Origin: Acidimicrobiia bacterium
GTDB lineage: Bacteria; Actinomycetota; Acidimicrobiia; Spongiisociales; JAENVV01
Direction of reading: 5' to 3'
DNA: 46,925 nucleotides
Assembly: GCA_029881355.1 (NCBI GenBank)
Contig: JAOUMT010000003.1
Coordinates: 1-46,925 of the forward strand
Part shown: piece by piece, positions 44,321 through 46,925 of the stretch
Position numbering within the stretch: position 1 is the first letter of the stretch
Layout of the letters: each line of letters begins with the position of its first letter
Position numbers and translations under genes: made by a program
Notes under the pieces: generated by a model
The model's database searches: none
What the model saw: only the letters and a program-made list of their open reading frames with translations
What the model was told of the DNA's origin: nothing

Positions 44321-46925
44321 CTACCGAAAGTTTCGGGACTGCGTGTGCAGCGTGGAGAACGGGGTAAAGGACCGAGCTACCAGGTTCGTGACTCCGTCGC
44401 GATACTCGAGCACCCCATCAATCACCAGTCCGGGATTCCGGCGGGCGATCAAATGATTGGCTGACCAAACATCCGGCAACACAACCACGTTCAAAAGGCC
44501 GGTCTCGTCTTCGAGGTTGAAGAAGATGACGCCAGACGCCGTTCCCGGTCGCTGACGATGGGTAACGATGCCTCCGACTCGAACGACTGTCCCATGCTTC
44601 TGTTTGGCCAGGGCCTGAGCGGTGGTCAAACATCCTTCTTCAACCAACCAGTCCCGGATGAACACCACCGGGTGGTTGACCGAGATACCGGTAGCCCACC
44701 GTTCCGCAGCTGACGCCTCCTCAGGTGTCATGCCGGGAAGTGTGGGGGCTTCGACTCCCGGAGCCAGAGGAAGTCGATCTGGTCCGATCTCGGCGAGGGC
44801 ACCGGCCGCCCATAATCCGTCACGTTTGCCAAGGCCGATCGACTGTAATGCCCCTGATACGGCCAGCGCCTCAAACGCTTCAACCCCCAGGCCGGTCCGA
44901 TGGGCAAGCTCTTCAGGAGAGCCAAAAGGTCCTCCAATCTGACGGGCAGCCTCGATACGAGTGACTTCGGCATCACCCAGGTTACGCACATATCGGAGGC
45001 CAAGTCGGACTGCCACCGCTACCCGGATCGGATCGTCGACGGGACCCCTCCCCCGCCTCCACGACTTTCCCATAAACGTGACAATGTCTTCGGGGTCGGC
45101 GTCCTGTACTTCAATGGTGCAGTCATGCCACGACCGATTGATATCCGGCTGGTTGACAACCACCCCGTGGCGTTGGGCGTCATGTACCAACGAATTGGGA
45201 CTGTAGAACCCCATCGGTTGGGCGTTGAGTAGTCCTGCAAGGAACTCGGCCGGCCAGTGATACCGCAGCCAGGCGGACATGTACACAATGTAGGCAAACG
45301 AAACCGAATGACTTTCGGGAAACCCGAACGAACCGAACCCCTGCAGCTTTTCCCAAATCTCATCGGCGGCGGCTCCGACCACACCTTGCCCGTCCATCCC
45401 TTCGTACACTTCCGTTTTCAGCTTCTCCATGGCTTGCTCGGATCGTTTATGGGTCATCGCCTGGCGCAACCGATCACATTGCCCTGGATCAAAGCCGGCA
45501 CATACCCGGGCGAGTTCCATGAGCTGCTCTTGAAAAATGGGAACACCGAGGGTCTTGGCAAGCACCGGTTCCGCCAGAGGATGCGGATACCTCACCGGTT
45601 CTTCGCCATTGCGCCTACGCAAATATGGATGGACCGAGCGACCTTGAATCGGGCCAGGTCGGATAAGGGCAACCTCGACCGCCAGGTCGTAGAACGTCTT
45701 GGGTTTCATCCGCGGCAACGTTGCCATCTGCGCCCGGGATTCGATCTGAAACAACCCGACCGTATCTGCGGCAGTCAACGACTCATAAATCGCCGGTTCC
45801 TGCTCGATCGTGGCTAGGTCAATGGACACGCCATGCATCTCCCGGATGCCATCAACCGTCAGATGTAACGAGTTGAGCATGCCAAGACCCAGCAGATCGA
45901 ATTTTACGATGCCAATCATCCCACACGATTCTTTGTCCCATTGCAGGATCGACCGACCCTCCATCCTCCCCCATTCGAGCGGGACCACTTGCCAGAGGGG
46001 CCGGTCGGCGATGACCATACCTCCGGAGTGGATTCCCATATGACGGGGAAACCCGTCGAGCCGCCAGCACACGTCGTAAATCTGATCAGCGGTCAAACCT
46101 TCGGGTAGTGGCGCTTCGAGACGCAACTTGGCTGGATTACGCGTGTCGATGTATTTAGAAAGACCATCCACCTGGGATTGGGTAAATCCGAAGGTTTTGG
46201 CTACGTCACGCAGTACTGAGCGGGCCCGATAGGTCACAACATTGGCGACCATGGCCGCCCGTTCTCGGCCATAGCGGCGATAACAATATTGGATCACTTC
46301 CTCGCGGCGGTCGGCTTCCAGATCCAGGTCAATATCGGGAGCCCGACCTCGTTCCTCTGATAAGAACCGCTCGAAGGGCAGATTGAGGCGGATCGGGTCG
46401 ACCTGAGTCAGGCCGATACATCGGCAAATCGCCGAGTCGCCCCCCGAACCACGGATCTGACAGTAGATGTCCCGGGATCGGGCGAACTGCACAATGTCCC
46501 AAACAATAAGGAAATACCCGGGGAAGTTGAGCCGGTCGATCACTCCCAATTCGTGGTCGAGCCGTGACAACGCCCGCGGGTCGATCCCGCCCGAACCATC
46601 CGAATAGACCTGGCGGGCCCCTTCCAGCGTGAGATGGCGAAGAAACTCCATCTCCGATCGGAAATGTCCTGGCATGGGAAAGTCCGGTAACTCCGGGGCG
46701 ATCAAGTCGAGATCGAAGGCCAGGTCGCTACCCAGCTCACCAGCTCGCTCCACCGAACCGGGATAGCGACGAAACCGAGAGGCCATTTCGGCAGGAGTCT
46801 TGAGATGGCGTTCGTCAGTCGCTGGTCGAAAACCATCATTGGTGCCAAGCGTCCGACGACCGGCAACAGCAGCCAAAACTTCGGATAGGTCAGCCTTGGA
46901 GGGACTGTCGTAGTGGACGTTGTTC
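44321..46925 (-). CDS. dnaE2: Error-prone DNA polymerase DnaE2 (5' end outside the window)
   Basis: The frame continues to the window edge (NNVHY of the PHP domain). Motifs GYFLIVWDIV, RGSG, PDIDLD, HSGGMVI, KFDLLGLGML, GFPESH, HRQRPGTA, and the DnaE2-specific C-terminus SRNFR. Confidence 0.95.
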   Translation of the reverse strand, partial: NNVHYDSPSKADLSEVLAAVAGRRTLGTNDGFRPATDERHLKTPAEMASRFRRYPGSVERAGELGSDLAFDLDLIAPELPDFPMPGHFRSEMEFLRHLTLEGARQVYSDGSGGIDPRALSRLDHELGVIDRLNFPGYFLIVWDIVQFARSRDIYCQIRGSGGDSAICRCIGLTQVDPIRLNLPFERFLSEERGRAPDIDLDLEADRREEVIQYCYRRYGRERAAMVANVVTYRARSVLRDVAKTFGFTQSQVDGLSKYIDTRNPAKLRLEAPLPEGLTADQIYDVCWRLDGFPRHMGIHSGGMVIADRPLWQVVPLEWGRMEGRSILQWDKESCGMIGIVKFDLLGLGMLNSLHLTVDGIREMHGVSIDLATIEQEPAIYESLTAADTVGLFQIESRAQMATLPRMKPKTFYDLAVEVALIRPGPIQGRSVHPYLRRRNGEEPVRYPHPLAEPVLAKTLGVPIFQEQLMELARVCAGFDPGQCDRLRQAMTHKRSEQAMEKLKTEVYEGMDGQGVVGAAADEIWEKLQGFGSFGFPESHSVSFAYIVYMSAWLRYHWPAEFLAGLLNAQPMGFYSPNSLVHDAQRHGVVVNQPDINRSWHDCTIEVQDADPEDIVTFMGKSWRRGRGPVDDPIRVAVAVRLGLRYVRNLGDAEVTRIEAARQIGGPFGSPEELAHRTGLGVEAFEALAVSGALQSIGLGKRDGLWAAGALAEIGPDRLPLAPGVEAPTLPGMTPEEASAAERWATGISVNHPVVFIRDWLVEEGCLTTAQALAKQKHGTVVRVGGIVTHRQRPGTASGVIFFNLEDETGLLNVVVLPDVWSANHLIARRNPGLVIDGVLEYRDGVTNLVARSFTPFSTLHTQSRNFR

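Noticed and set aside
45011-45112. About 30-aa insertion in DnaE2 considered as a possible intein
   Set aside because: Far too short and lacks intein terminal residues (C/S...HN). It lies in what appears to be a variable loop.

Overview
High-GC (about 60-62% by eye) bacterial chromosome segment, very likely Actinomycetota and plausibly Acidimicrobiia. The basis is the M16 peptidase-dapB...dapA-rnj-ftsK synteny, the lhr-nei pair, DUF4032, a TIGR03084-like protein, dnaE2 and many apparently leaderless genes. It is mostly housekeeping and metabolic genes: a 2-oxoacid dehydrogenase E1a/E1b/E2 set, lysine biosynthesis, RNase J, FtsK, CnoX, two cyclophilins, DNA repair and transporters. I saw no rRNA, tRNA, CRISPR array or transposase. 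Two loci stand out. (1) 35897-36570 is a tandem duplication of a self-contained unit of about 290 bp: a sigma-28-like GCCGATA box, a 65/66-aa signal-peptide-bearing ORF ending in the invariant LRGSTWG, a 36-bp identical block spanning the stop codon, and a terminator-like hairpin with an anti-Shine-Dalgarno loop. It is a candidate undescribed secreted peptide-signal system or type I toxin-antitoxin-like system. (2) 6296-9708 is an archaeal-type cyclic 2,3-diphosphoglycerate (cDPG) locus in which 2-phosphoglycerate kinase and cDPG synthetase flank a metallophosphoesterase, a candidate cDPG hydrolase. Also noted: an AroQ-alpha/beta-hydrolase fusion, an orphan CobS/CobT-like AAA+/vWA pair, a LipL-like protein, a TIGR03084 homolog lacking metal ligands, and a hydrolase pseudogene. 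All calls come from motif recognition; no database searches were run.
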